From Mobula hypostoma (lineage: Eukaryota), in the NCBI RefSeq assembly GCF_963921235.1, contig NC_086099.1:124248001-124312000 (forward strand): a DNA stretch of 64,000 nt, given 5' to 3'. Below, in pieces: positions 1-12,683 of this stretch. Every line of letters starts with the position of its first letter. Positions within the stretch are counted from its first letter, which is position 1. The notes under the pieces were generated by a model. That model made no database searches. It saw only the letters and a list, made by a program, of their open reading frames with translations, and was not told the origin of the DNA. Made by a program: the position numbers and the translations under genes.

Positions 1-52
1 GAAAGAAATGCCTTCTTTCACACACAGAGTGGTAGGTGTGTGGAATGCACTG
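1..52 (+). mobile_element. Short CR1 LINE 3' fragment
   Basis: TTCTTTCACACACAGAGTGGTAGGTGTGTGGAATGCACTG matches the FFTQRVVGVWNAL coding end seen in the other CR1 copies of this window. Confidence 0.6.
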
Positions 53-509
53 TTTCATTTCAGGAGAATGGAGTGGACCAAAGGCTGTTATGGATTGATA
101 ACAGAATCACTTTTACTACAGCCACAAGTTGGGTCATAGCTCCAGGGTGGGGCAGTCTCATCTCCTGCCTGCCTGCAGTCCGCGGAATGATTGCAAACCG
201 CCTGTTGAGGGAGATACTCGAGCTAATCTGAAATCAGAAATGGTTGGACCTAGTTGGGTCAGACGCTGGAGTGTGTATGGCGTTCCAGGAACTGTACCAC
301 ACTGACAAGAAGAGGGCAGAAGGGATCAGAAATTGGCCTGAGCTATGTAAAGGAAAATAAACACAGATTATACCATGGGTTTGCTGAATTTCTAAGCTGT
401 TGCAGTCAAATGTTCCAGGCTGTAATCGTTTCTGCATGTGTCCTTTCATCTGTACATGAACATCAGAACATACTAGGCTGTGCCTGGCAAATCACTGACT
501 ATTTTGGAT

Positions 510-3500
510 ATATAGAAAACCTACAGCACAATACAGGCCCTTCAGCCTTTCAAACCTGTGCCAAACATGTTCTTATTATAGAAATCACCTACACTTACCC
601 ATAACTCTCTATTTTTCTAAGCTTCATGTACCCATCCAGGAGTCTCTTAAAAGACCCTATTGTGTCTGCCTCTATCACCGTCGCTGGCAGCCCATTCCAC
701 CCACTCACCACTCTCTGTGTAAAAAAAACTTACCCCTGATATCTCCTCTGTACCGACTTCCAAGCACCTTAAAACTGTGCCCTCTCACGCTAGCCATTTC
801 AGCCCTGGGAAAAAGTCTCTGACTATCCACACAATCAATGCCTCTCATCGTCTTATACACCTCTATCAGGTCAAATCTCATCCTCTGTCGCTCCAAGAAA
901 AAGAGGCCGAGTTCACTCAACCTATACTCGTAAGGCATGCCCACCCCCCAATCCCGGCAACATCCTTGTAAATCTCCTGTGCACCCTTTCTATGGTTTCC
1001 ACATCCTTCCTATAGTGAGGTGACCGAACTGAACACAGTACTCCAAGTGGGGTTTGACCGGGGTCCTATATAGCTGTAACATTACCTCTCGGCTCTTAAA
1101 CTCAGTCCCATGATTGATGAAGGCCAATGCATCGTATGCCTTCTTAACCACAGAGTCAACCTGCACAGAAGCTTTGAGTGTCCTATGGACTTGGACCCCA
1201 AGATCCCTCTGATCTTCCACACTGCCAAGAGTCTTACTATTAATACTATATTCTGCCATTATACTTGACCTACCAAAACAAACCACCTCACACTTATCTG
1301 GGTTGAACTCCATCTTCCACTTCCCAGCCCAGTTTTGCACCTTATCAATGTCCCGCTGTAACCTCTGACAGCCCTCCACACTATCCACAACACCCCCAAT
1401 CTTTGAGTCATCAGCAAATTTACTAACCCATCCCTTCACTTCCTCATCCAGGTCATTTATAAAAATCATGAAGAGTAGGGGTTCCAGAACAGATCCCTGA
1501 GGCACACTACTGGTCACCGACCTCCATGCAAAATATGACCCATCTACAACCACTCTTTGCCTTCTGTGGGCAAGCCAATTCTGGATCCACAAAACAATGT
1601 CCCCTTGGATCCCATGCCTCCTTACTTTCTCAATAAGCCTGGCATGGGGTACCTTATCAAATGCCTTGCTGAAATCTATATACACTACACATACTGTACT
1701 GCTCTACATCAATCTGTTTAGTCACATCCTCAAAAAATTCAATCAGGCTCATAAGGCACAACCTGCCTTTGACAAAGCCATGCTGACTATTCCTAATGAT
1801 GTTATCCCTCTCCAAATGTTCATAAATCCTGCCTCTCAGGATTTTTTCCATCAACTTACCAACCACTGAAGTAAGACTAGTTGGTCTGTAATTTCCTGGG
1901 CTATCTCTACTCCCTTTCTTGAATAAGGGAACAACATCTACAACCTTCCAATCCTCCGGAACCTCTCCCGTCCCCATTGATGATCCAAAGATCATCACCA
2001 GAGGCTCAGCAATCTCCTCCCTCGCTTCCCACAGCAGCCTGGGGTACATCTCATCTGGTCCCGGTGACTAATCCAACTTGATGCTTTCCCAAAGCTCCAG
2101 CACATCCTCTCTTAATATCTATATGCTCAAGCTTTTCAGTTCACTTTAAGTCATTCCTACGAGCGCCAAGATCTTTTTCTGTAGTGAATACTGAAGCAAG
2201 GTATTCATTAAGTACCTCTCCTATCTCTTCCGGTCCTATACACACTTTTCCACTGTCACACTTGATTGGTCATATTCTCTTACATCTTATCCTCTTGCTC
2301 TTCACATACTTGTAGAATGCCTTGGGATTTTCCTTAATCCTGTCTGCCAAGGCCTTCTCATGGCCCCTTCTGGCTCTCTAATTTCATTCTTAATCTCCTT
2401 CCTGCTAGCCGTATATTCTGCTAGATCTCTATCATTACCTAGTTTTTGAACCTTTCGTAAGCTCTTCTTTTCTTCTTGACTAGATTTACAACAGCCTTTG
2501 TACACCACGGTTCCTGTACCCTGCCATCCTTTCCCTGTCTCATTGGAATGTACCTATGCAGAACTCCACGCGAATATCCCCTGAACATTTGCCACATTTC
2601 TTCCATATATTTCCCTGAGAAAATCTGTTCCCAATTTATGCTTCCAAGCTCCTGCCTGATAGCCTCATATTTCCCTTTACTCCAATTAAACGCTTTCCTA
2701 AAATGTCTGTTTCTATCCCTCTCCAATGCCATGGTAAAGGAGATAGAATTGTGATCACTATCTCTAAAATGCTCTCCCACTGAGAGACCTGACACCTGAC
2801 CAGGTTTATTTCCCAATACCAGATCAAGTACAGCCTCTCCTCTTGTCGGCTTATCTACATATTGTGTCAAGAAACCTTCCTGAACACACCTAACAAACTC
2901 CACCCCATCTTCACCCCTTGCTCTAGGGAGATGCCAATCAATATTTGGTGGGAGAATTAAAATCTCCCACCACGATAACCCTGTTATTATTACGCCTTTC
3001 CAGAATCTGTCTCCCTATCTGCTCCTCGATGTCACTGTTACTATTGGGAGGTCTATAAAAAATACCCAGTAAAGTTATTGACCCTTTCCTTTTCCTAACT
3101 TCCACCCACAGAGACTCCATAGACAATCCCTCCGTGACGTCCTCCTTTTCTGCAGCCGTGACACTATCTCTGATCAACAGTGCCACGCCCCCACCTCTTT
3201 TGCCTCCCTCCCTGTCCTTTCTGAAACATCTCAAGCCTGGCACTCGAAGTAACCATTCCTGCCCCTTCACCATCCAGGTCTCTGTAATGGCCACAACATG
3301 ATAGCTCCAAGTGCTGATCCATGCTTTAAGATCACCCGCTTTGTTCATAATATTTCTTGCATTAAAATAGACACATCTCAAACTATTGGTCTGAGCACAT
3401 CCCTTCTCTCTCACCTGCTTATCCTCCCTCTCTCACTGTCTTCAAGCTTTCTCTATTTGTGAGCCAACCGCCTCTTCCTCCATACCTTCAGTTTGGTCCC

Positions 3501-4535
3501 ACCCCCCAGCAATCCTAGTTTAAACTCTCCCCAATAGCCTTGGCAAACTTCCCCGCCAGGATATTGGTCCCCTTCTGATTAAAGTGCAACCTATCGTTTT
3601 TGTGCAGGTGACGCCTGTCCCAAAAGAGGTCCTAATGATTAAGAAATCTGAATCCCTGCCCCCTGCTTCAATCCCTCAGCCACGCATTTATCCTCCACCT
3701 CATTCTATTCCTATACTCACTGTCGTGTGGCACAGACAGTAATCCCGAGATTACTACCTTTGAGGTCCTGTTTCTCAACTTCCTTCCTAACTCCCTGTAG
3801 TCTGTTTTCAGGACCTCCTCCCTTTTCCTAGCTTTGTCATTGGTACCAATATGTACCACGACCTCTGGCTGTTCTCCTTCCCACTTCAGGATATCATGGA
3901 CGCGATCAGAAGCTATCACTGCTGCCATCCTCTTCCTTTTCCTTCCCTTCTGAGTCACAGGGCCAGACTCTGTACCAGAGGTGTGGCCACTGTTGCTTCC
4001 CCCAAGTAGGCCGTTCCCCCCCAACAGTACTCAAACAGGGGTACTTATTGTTAAGGGGGACAGCCACAGGGGTACTCTCTACCATCTGACTCTTGCCCTT
4101 TGCTCTCCTGACTGTTATCCACTTACCTGTCTCCCAAGGCCCTGGTGTGACTACCTGCCTGTAGCTCCTCACTCTCTCTGACGAGATGAAGGTCATTGAG
4201 CTGCATCTCCAGTTCCCTAAGGAGCTGCAGCTCGACGCACCTGACACAGATGTGGCCGTCCGGGAGGCTGGGAGTCTCCCACTCTTCCCACATCCGACAC
4301 CAAGCTCAGAACACTGACCTCACACACATACTTCCTGTCTGTGTTCTAGACAAGCAACCTACCTTGTCTCGACGTGTTATCGCTGAAGCCCCGTTGAGCC
4401 AAAGCCCTCCTACTCTGTCTACCTCTACTCTGTAGCCCACTCTCTAAATCTGTCTCCTTTTAAACTCTTCTCGCTGTTCTATCTGGCTGACATCCACGCA
4501 CTTGCACAGTCGTGCCCCGATCAAACTGTTGAAGA
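510..4535 (-). mobile_element. Near-full-length decayed CR1 LINE (ORF1 esterase, ORF2 APE-RT)
   Basis: Minus-strand ORF pieces in the expected order: esterase (VHIGTND, 3668-4024), APE (CVYFNARNI, VAITETW, GDFN; 2938-3414), RT (YIDFSKAFDKVPH, GSVLEPLLF, KFADD; 990-2049) and C-terminus (705-944). Broken by frameshifts and stops. Confidence 0.95.
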
Positions 4536-4581
4536 AGTATATGTGGAGATAAACTGTAATTTGCACAGGACGCTGTGGTTT

Positions 4582-7500
4582 AGACCATAAGACCATAAGA
4601 CAAAGGAGCAGAAGTCAGCTATTCAGCCCATCGAGTCTGCTCCACTATTTTATCATGAGCTGATCCATTCTCCCATTTAGTCCCACTCCCCCGCCTTCTC
4701 ACCATAACCTTTGATGCCCTGGTTATTCAGATACCTATCAATCTCTGCCTTAAATACACCCAATGACTTGGCCTCCACTGCTGCCGTGGCAACAAATTCC
4801 ACAGATTCACCACCCTCTGGCTGAAAAAATTTCTTCGCATCTCTCTTCTGAATGGGTGCCCTTCAATCCTTAAGTCATGCCCTCTCGTACTAGACTCCCC
4901 CACCACGGGAAACAACTTTGCCACATCCACTCCTCTCCACATCCATGCCTCTCAACATTCGAAATGTTTCTATGAGGTCCCCCCTCATTCTTCTAAACTC
5001 CAAGGAGTACAGTCCAAGAACGGTCAAATATTCCTCATATGTTAACCCTCTCATTCCCGGAACCATTGTAGTGAATCTTCTCTGAACCCTCTCCAACATC
5101 AGCACATCCTTTCTTAAATAAGGAGCCCAAAACTGCACACAGTACTCCAAGTGAGGTCGTACCAGCGCCTTATAGAGCCTCAACATCACATCCTTGCTCC
5201 TATACTCTATTCCTCTGGAAATGAATGCCAACATTGCATTCGCCTTCTTCACTACCAACTCAACCTGGAGGTTAACCTTAAGGGTATCCTGCATGAGGAC
5301 TCCCAAGTCCCATTGCATCTCAGAACTTTGAATTTTCTCCCCATTTAAATAATAGTCTGCCCATTTATTTCTCCTACCAAAGTGCATAACTATACACTTT
5401 CCAACATTGTATTTCATTTGCCACTTCTTTGCTCATTCTTCCAATCTATCCAAGTCTCTCTGCAGACTTTCTGTTTCCTCAGCACTACCGGCCCCTCCAC
5501 CTAGCTTTGTATCATCAGCAAACTCAGCCACAAAGCCATCTATTCCACAATCTAAATCATTGATGTACAAAGTAAAAAGAAGCGGACCCAACACGGACCC
5601 CTGTAGAACACCACTGGTAATCGGCAGCCAACCAGAATAGGATCCCTTTATTCCCACTCTCTGTTTCCTGCCAATCAGCCAACGCTCTACCCACATATGT
5701 AACTTTCCTGTAATTCCATGGGCTCTTACCTTGTTAAGTAGCCTCATGTGTGGCACCTTGTCAAAGGCCTTCTGAAAATCTAAATACAAAACATCCACTG
5801 CATCTCCCTTGTCTAGCCTACTTGTAATTTCCTTAAAAAATTGTAATAGGTTTGTCAGGCAGGATTTTCCTTTAAGGAAACCATGTTGAGTTCTGCCTAT
5901 CTTGTCATATGCCTCCAGGTACTCTGTAACCTCATCCTTGACAATCGACTCCAACAACTTTCCAACCACCGATCTCAAGCTAACAGGTCTATAATTTCCT
6001 TTTTGCTTCCTTGCCCCCTTCTTAAATAGCAGAGTGACATTTGCAATCTTCCAGTCCTCCGGAACCATGCCAGAATCTATTGACCTTTGAAAGATCATTG
6101 CTAATGCCTCCGCAATCTCCACAGCTACTTCCTTCAGAACATGCGGGTGCATTCCATCTGCTCTGGGAGATTTATCTACCCTTAGACTATTCAGCTTCCT
6201 GAGTATTTTCTCTGTGGTAATTGTGACTGTGTACACTTCTCTTCCTTGACACTCCTGAGTGTCTGGTATACTGCTGATGTCTTCCTCAGTGAAGACTGAT
6301 GCAAAATATTCATTCAGTTCCTCTGCCATCTCCTTATCTCCCATCACAATTTCTCCAGTATCACTTTCTATCGGTCCTATATCTACTCTCACCTGTCTTT
6401 TACTCTTTATATACTTGTAAAAGCTTTTAGTATCCTCTTTGATATTATTTGCTAGCTTCCTTTCATAGTTCATCTTTTCCCTCTTAATGACCTTCTTAGT
6501 TTCCTTTTGTAAGGTTTTAAAAACTTCCCGATCCTCTGTCTTCCCACTAACTTTTGCTTCCTTGTATGCCCTCTCCTTTGCTTTAACTTTGGCTTTGACT
6601 TCTCTTGTCAGTCATGGTTGCATCCTTTTTCCATTAGAAAATTTCTTCTTTTTTGGAATATATCTGTCTTGTACCTTCCTCACCTCTCGCATAAACTTCA
6701 GCCACTGCTGCTCTGCTGTCCTTCCCGCTAGTGTCTCTTTCCAGTCAACTTTGGCCAGCTCCTCTCTTATGCCACTGTAATTTCCGTTACTCCACTGAAA
6801 TACCGACACATCGGATTTCGGCTTCTCATTTTCAAATTTCACAGTGAACTCAATCATGTTCTGATCACTGTATCCTAAGGGTTCCTTCACCTCAATCTCT
6901 CCAATCACCTCTGGTTCATTACACAATACCCAATCCAGTACAGCCGATCCCCTAGTGGGCTCAACAACAAGCTGTTCTAAAAAGCCATCTCGCAGACATT
7001 CTACAAATTCTCTCTCTTGAGATCCAGTGCCAGCCTAATTTTCCCAATCCACTCGCATGTTAAAATCTCCCACAATTATCATAAAACTGCCCTTCTGACA
7101 AGCCTTTTCTATTTCCTGTTGTAATTTGTAGTCCACATCACAGCAGCTGTTAGGAGGCCTGTATATAACTGCCATCAGGGTCCTTTAACCCCTGCGATTT
7201 CTTAGCTCAACCCATAAAGATTCTGCACCTTCCGATCCTATGTCACCTCTTTCTAATGATTTAATATCATTTCTTACCAATAAAGCCACGCCTCCCCCTC
7301 TGCCTACCTTCCTATCCTTCCGATACACCGTGTATCCTTGGACGTTCAGCTCCCAGAGACATGCATCCTTTAGTCAGGTCTCAGTGATGGCCACAATGTC
7401 ATACCTGCCAATCTATAGCTGTACGACAAGGTCATCCACCTTATTCCTTATGCTGCGTGCATTTAAGTATAACACCTTAAGACCAGTATTTGGTACTTTG

Positions 7501-8860
7501 TGCTTTGATTTCACTGCAACTTTATTGCACTGCAACTCACCCTAGTGGCTACAAATTTGCCTCATCCCCTGCCTGTCCTTCCTGACATCTTTACTGCTCA
7601 CTATCTGAGATTTTTTTCTGTTTTCCCCCTCCTCTGCCCTATCATTCCGGTTCCCATCCCCCTGCCAAATTAGGTTAAACCCTCCCTAACAGCTCTATTA
7701 AACCTTCCCACCAGGATATTGGTCCCCTTCAGGTTCAGGTGTAACCCGTCCTTTTTGAACAGGTCATACTTCCCCCAGAAGAGATCCCAATGATCCAAGA
7801 ATCTGAAACCCTGCCCCCCCCGCACCCGTCTCTCAGTCACATATTCATCTGCCTGATCCACTATTCTTGCCTTCGCTAGCACGTGGCATAGGTTGCAATC
7901 CTGAGATTACTACCCTGGAGGTCCTGTTTCTCAACTTCCTTCCTAACTCCCAGAAATCTCTCTTCAGGACCTCCTCCTTTGTCCTATCTGTATCATTGGT
8001 ACCAACATGTACCAAGACAGCTGGCTGCTCGCCCTCTCCCTTCAGAATATTCTGGACCTGATCCAAGACATCCCATACCCTGGCACCTGGGAGGCAACAC
8101 ACCATGCAGGTATTTCTCGCAGGCTCACAGAATCTCCTGTCTGTTCCCCTGACTATGGAATCCCCTATGTCTACCGCATTCCCCTTCTCCCTCCTGCGCA
8201 ACAGCACCAGGCTCAGTGCCAGTGACCCAGTCACAGTGGGCGTCCCCTGTCAGGTCATCCCCCTCAACAGCATCCAAAACGAGATACTTGTTGCTGAGGG
8301 GGGCAGCCACAGAGATGCTCCCCACTATGTGGGCATTTTCCTTCCTTCTCCAGTCACCCAGTTTTCTGACCCCTGTAGCCTCGGGATGACTACCTCCCTG
8401 TAGCTCCCGTCTATCATCTCTTCACTTTCCCTAATAAGCAGTAGGTCATCAAGCTGCAGCTCCAGATCCCTAACACGGTCTCTGAGGAGCTGCATCTCGG
8501 TGCACCTGGCGCAGATGTGGCCATCAGGGAGGCTGGAGGTCTCCCAGGATTCCCACATCTGACACTCTGAACAAAGCACTAACCTGACAGACATGCTACC
8601 TAATTCTACAGGAATGAAACAAGGAAAAATAAGTCTACTCACCCAAATACCTCGCCAAACACATGAACTTTTTAAACCGTTAGTTCGTACCATTAGCTGT
8701 GCGAGCCCTGATGTTCTTCTGTCTGTCCAGGCCGAATCGCCAAGGGGAAGAAAAAGAGTTGGTGCCTCGCTCTCGCCTCTTCCCGTTACCGCCTAAGTGC
8801 ATTGAACCAAAGCCCTACACTCTGCTGCCACTCACTCCGCTGCCCGCTGTATAGTTTAAA
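4582..8860 (-). mobile_element. Near-full-length decayed CR1 LINE, second subfamily (ACCATAAG-type tail on + strand)
   Basis: ORF1 zinc finger/coiled coil (CSECQMWE...CARC...LRDRVRDLELQL, 8325-8693), esterase (GDSIVRG, VHVGTND, DGLHLN; 7670-8234), RT 5433-6473 (GSVLGPLLF, FADDTKLGG), C-terminus 4727-5417, tandem tail repeat at 4582-4600. Confidence 0.95.
7670..8693 (-). pseudogene. CR1 ORF1: zinc finger/coiled coil plus SGNH-type esterase, frameshifted
   Basis: Motifs GDSIVRG, VHVGTND and DGLHLN occur in successive frames after a CxxC...CxxC and heptad-like region. Confidence 0.85.
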
Positions 8861-9103
8861 CTGTTTAATCTGTTAATGGTTTATAGCCGGACAATATTTA
8901 CTGTCAGAACAGGCCCTGTACTCCTGGGAGGTATCTGTGTCTACGAAATGTTTTAATAAATTATAATGGTAATGTATAACTGTTCTCCTCTCCATTGTTT
9001 CTGTTTTATACAACAGTGGCTGGCTGTAGTCCACATGATGAACTGGACAGAAAGTCACATAAAATGAAGATCCCAATCAGCTGGTAATATTCAATTCCAG
9101 TGT

Positions 9104-10075
9104 CATAGAACATAGAAATCTACAGCTTATTACAGGCCCTTCGGCCCACAGTGCTGTGCTGACCATATAACCTACTCTAGAAACTGCCTAGAATTACTCT
9201 ACCACTTGGCCCTCTATTTTTCTAAGCTCCATGGACCTATCTAGGAGTCTCTTAAAAGACCCTATTGTATCCGCTTCTACCACTGTTGCTGGCAGTGCAT
9301 TCCACGCACCCACCACTCTGAGTGAAAAACTTACCCCTGACATCCCCCTTGTACATATCTCCAAGCACCTTAAAACTGTGGTCCCTCATGTTAGCCATTT
9401 CAGCCCTGGGGAGAAAACCTCTGGTTATCCACATGATCGATACACCTCATCATCTTATACATCTCCATCAGGTCACCCCTCATCCTCCGTCGCTCCAAGG
9501 AGAAAAAGCCAAGTTCACAGAAGCTATTCTCATAAGGTACACTCTCTAATCCAGGCAATATCCTTGTAAATTTCCTCAGCACTCTCTCCATAGTATCTAC
9601 ATCCTTCCTGTAGTGAGGTGACCAGAACTGAACACAGTACTCCAAGTGGGATCTAACTAAGATCTTGTATAGCTGTAACATTACCTCATGGTTGATGAAT
9701 GCCAACACACCATACACCTTGTTAAACATGCTGTCAACCTGTGCAGCTGACTTGAGTGTCCTATAGACATGGACCCCAAGATCCCTCTCATCCTCCATAC
9801 TGCCTTTAATACTACATTCTGTCTTCAAAGTTGACCTGTCAAACTGAACCACTTCACACTTATCTGGGTTGAACTCCATCTGCCACTTCTCAACCCAGTT
9901 CTGCATCCTATCACTATAACCACTGACAATCCTGCAGACTATCCACAACACTCCCAACTTTTGTGTCATCAGCAAACTTACCAACCCACCCTTCTACTCC
10001 TTTATCCAGGTCATTTATAAAAATCACAAAGAAGAGGGGTCCCAGAACAGATCCCTGAGGCACACCACTGGTCAC
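9104..10075 (-). mobile_element. 5'-truncated CR1 LINE
   Basis: RT C-terminal remnants (QMEFNPDKCEVV, VRSHLEYCVQFWSP) and a CATAGAA tail repeat. Confidence 0.9.
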
Positions 10076-10392
10076 AGTACACTGTCATTTTTATCTGTGA
10101 TCCACAAAAAAGGCTAACATCTGGAATACATCCGAGCAGTTATCAAGCTAAATCCAGATGAAAATTGATATGGACTTGTGGGAAGAGATCAAAGACAATA
10201 AACACTATTGACTCAGTTTTAAACTGTATTTAATATCTCTTTGCTGATCTCTTGCAAAAACAACTCATTGTTTCATCTTCTGACTCGACACATTACTTCC
10301 AGATTCATTAGTTTCTGATAATGCCAGGATGCTGTTTATTGACTGCACCTCAGTGTTTAACACAATCATTCCTACAGTTCTGATCAAAAAGC

Positions 10393-11178
10393 CAAAGCCA
10401 ACAGTATTGTGAAGGACCCCACACACCCCTCATACAAACTCTTTTCCCTCCTGCCATCTAGCAAAAGGTACCAAAGCATTCGGGCTCTCACGACCAGACT
10501 GTGCAACAGTTTCTTCCCCCAAACCATCAGATTCCTCAATACCCAGAGTCTAGATTGACATCCGCTTGTCCTCTACTGTGCCTATTGTCTTGTTTATTAA
10601 TTATTGTACTGCCCTGCACTGTTTTGGGCACTTTATGTAGTCCTGTGTAATAATAGGTATCCGTTAGTCTCATGAGACCATGGATTTGTGCCTTGGAAGG
10701 TTTTCAGAGTGCAGGCCTGGGCAAGGTTGTATGGAAGACCGGCAGTTGCCCATGCTGCAAGTCTCCCCTCTCCACACCACTGATGTTGTCCAAGGGAAGG
10801 GCACTAGGGCCGATCTAGCTTGGCACCAGTGTCATAGCAGAGCAATGTGTGGTTAAGTGCCTTGCTCAAGGACGCAACACGTTGCCTCAGCCAAGGCTCG
10901 AATTAGCAACCTTCAGATCACTAGACCAGTGCCTTAACTACTTGGCTACGCGCCAACACATGTCCTGTGTAGGTCTGTAGTCTAGTGTAGTTTTTGTGTT
11001 GTCTTACATAGCCTAGTGTAGCCTTGTGTTGTCTCACTTAGTCTAGTGATGTTTTGTGTTGTTTCATGTAGCACCATGGTCCTGGAGGAACGTTGTTTCA
11101 TTTTTGCTGTCTACTGTACCAGCAGTTTATGGTTGAAATGACAATAAAAAGCGACTTGACTTGACTTGACTTGACTTG
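10393..11178 (+). mobile_element. Rex1/Babar 3' fragment with (GACTT)n tail nested in another Rex copy
   Basis: Encodes a HKLFSLLPSxKRY-like remnant, has AATAAA followed by (GACTT)n at about 11151-11178, and is flanked by AAAAGC at 10387-10392 and 11179-11184. Confidence 0.8.
10650..10961 (-). mobile_element. tRNA-derived SINE with RTE-like 3' end
   Basis: Minus strand starts GGCGCGTAGCCAAGTAGTTAAGGC...TTCGAGCC (A-box and B-box-like). 10-bp TSD GTCCTGTGTA at 10640-10649 and 10962-10971. Confidence 0.8.
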
Positions 11179-12557
11179 AAAAGCTACAGAGCCTGGGCCT
11201 GTGTACCTCCCTCTGCAACTGGACCCTCGACTTCCCAACCAGAAGACCACAATCTGTGTGGATTGGAAATAACATCTCCACCTCGCTGACAATCGACACT
11301 AGCACACGTCTTAGCCCACTGCTCTACTCTCTCTACACCCTTGACTGTGTGGCTAGGCACAGCTCAAATGCCATCTGTAAACCTGCTGACGATACAATCA
11401 TCATTGGCAGGATCTCAGATGGAGATGAGAGGGCATACAGGAGCGAGATATACCAGCTAGTGGGGTGGTGTCACAGCAACAACCTTGCACTCAGTGTCAG
11501 TAAGACCAAAGAACTGATTGTGGACTTCAGAAAGGGTAAGATGAGAGAGCACATACCAGTCCTCAGAGAGGGATCAGAAGCGGAAAGAGTGAGCACTTTC
11601 AGGTTTCTGGGTGTCAACATCTCTGAGGATCTATCTTGCGCCCAACATATTGATGCAGCTACAAAGAAGGCATAACTGTGGCTATATTTCACTAGGAGTT
11701 TGAAGAGGTTTGGTGTGTCACCAAAAACACTCACAATTTTCTACAGCTGTGCTGCGGACAGCATTCGAACTGGCTGCATCACAGGTCTGGTATGAGGGGA
11801 GGGTGCAGTGCACAAGATCGAAGTAAATTACAGAGTTGTAAACTCAGTCAGCTCCATCATGGGCTCTAGCCTCTGTAGTATCGAACACATCTTCAAGGAG
11901 CAGTGCCTCAGGAAAGTGGCATCCATTATTAAGGACCCCATCACCCAAGTCATGCCCCCTTCTCACGTTACCATCAGGAAGGAGGTACAGAAGCCTGAAG
12001 ACACACACTCAATGATGCAGGAACCTCTTCTTCCCCTTTGGTGTCCATTTTCTGAATGGACATTGAACACACGAACATTATCTCACTTTCTAGTTTTATT
12101 TTTGCACAGTGATATTAAACCTGTTTCTGATTCAGATAATGAGTGCCTGCCAACGTGCTTTAGGGATTTCAGAATTAAGCCATTGACCTCCAACCGTCTC
12201 TGGAGAATGGGACTAGGACTGCTGTTTGCCACTATTTTATTAATGCTACTGCACATTGTATTTCATGACTGGACAGAAGTGCTGCAGCTTTCCACTAATA
12301 GAATTTGAAAAGCATTTCCATCGGTTGTCACAAGGACATGTAAAATTATGTTCAGCAGCATGTCCCTTGTTTTCATTTCTGAATCCACTGACCAGTTCCC
12401 TCTCATTTGCTTGCAGTTTCTTGAAGGAGACTTTTGTTTTGCTCCTAATCATTTTAAGTCTAGGCTTCAGTCCGTGGACTGAAAATCTATTTATGGTTGA
12501 TTATGTGGACTCCGCTGAGGACAGTGTCAAGCAATTGTTGCCACCATAACATTAGTA

Positions 12558-12683
12558 AGCAACACACACAAAATGCTGGAGGAGCTCGGCAGGTCAGGCA
12601 GCACCTCTGGAAATGAATAAACAGTTGACATTTCAGGCCGAGATCCTTCTTCAGGGCTGGAATGGAAGGGGGAAAATGCCAGA
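12558..12683 (-). mobile_element. Penelope-like element 3' terminal fragment with degenerate hammerhead motif
   Basis: Similar to the termini of the 22898 and 52464 elements. Minus strand 12623-12658 reads CTGAAGA-AGG-N7-CCT-GAAA. Confidence 0.75.

Larger units (their letters stand above)
10318..12105 (+). mobile_element. Rex1/Babar LINE fragment, interrupted at 10393-11178
   Basis: RMLFID...FNTII remnant at about 10320-10392 continues at 11185 ([10 protein letters not shown]) into [39 protein letters not shown] (11256-11675). Confidence 0.85.

Noticed and set aside
53-500. Possible exon after TTTCATTTCAG (position 62) and ORFs 40-231 and 254-604
   Set aside because: Translations match no protein I recognise and no convincing donor or partner exon was found.
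10880-10958. tRNA-like sequence on the minus strand
   Set aside because: It is the head of a SINE bounded by a TSD and lacks a complete cloverleaf and acceptor stem.
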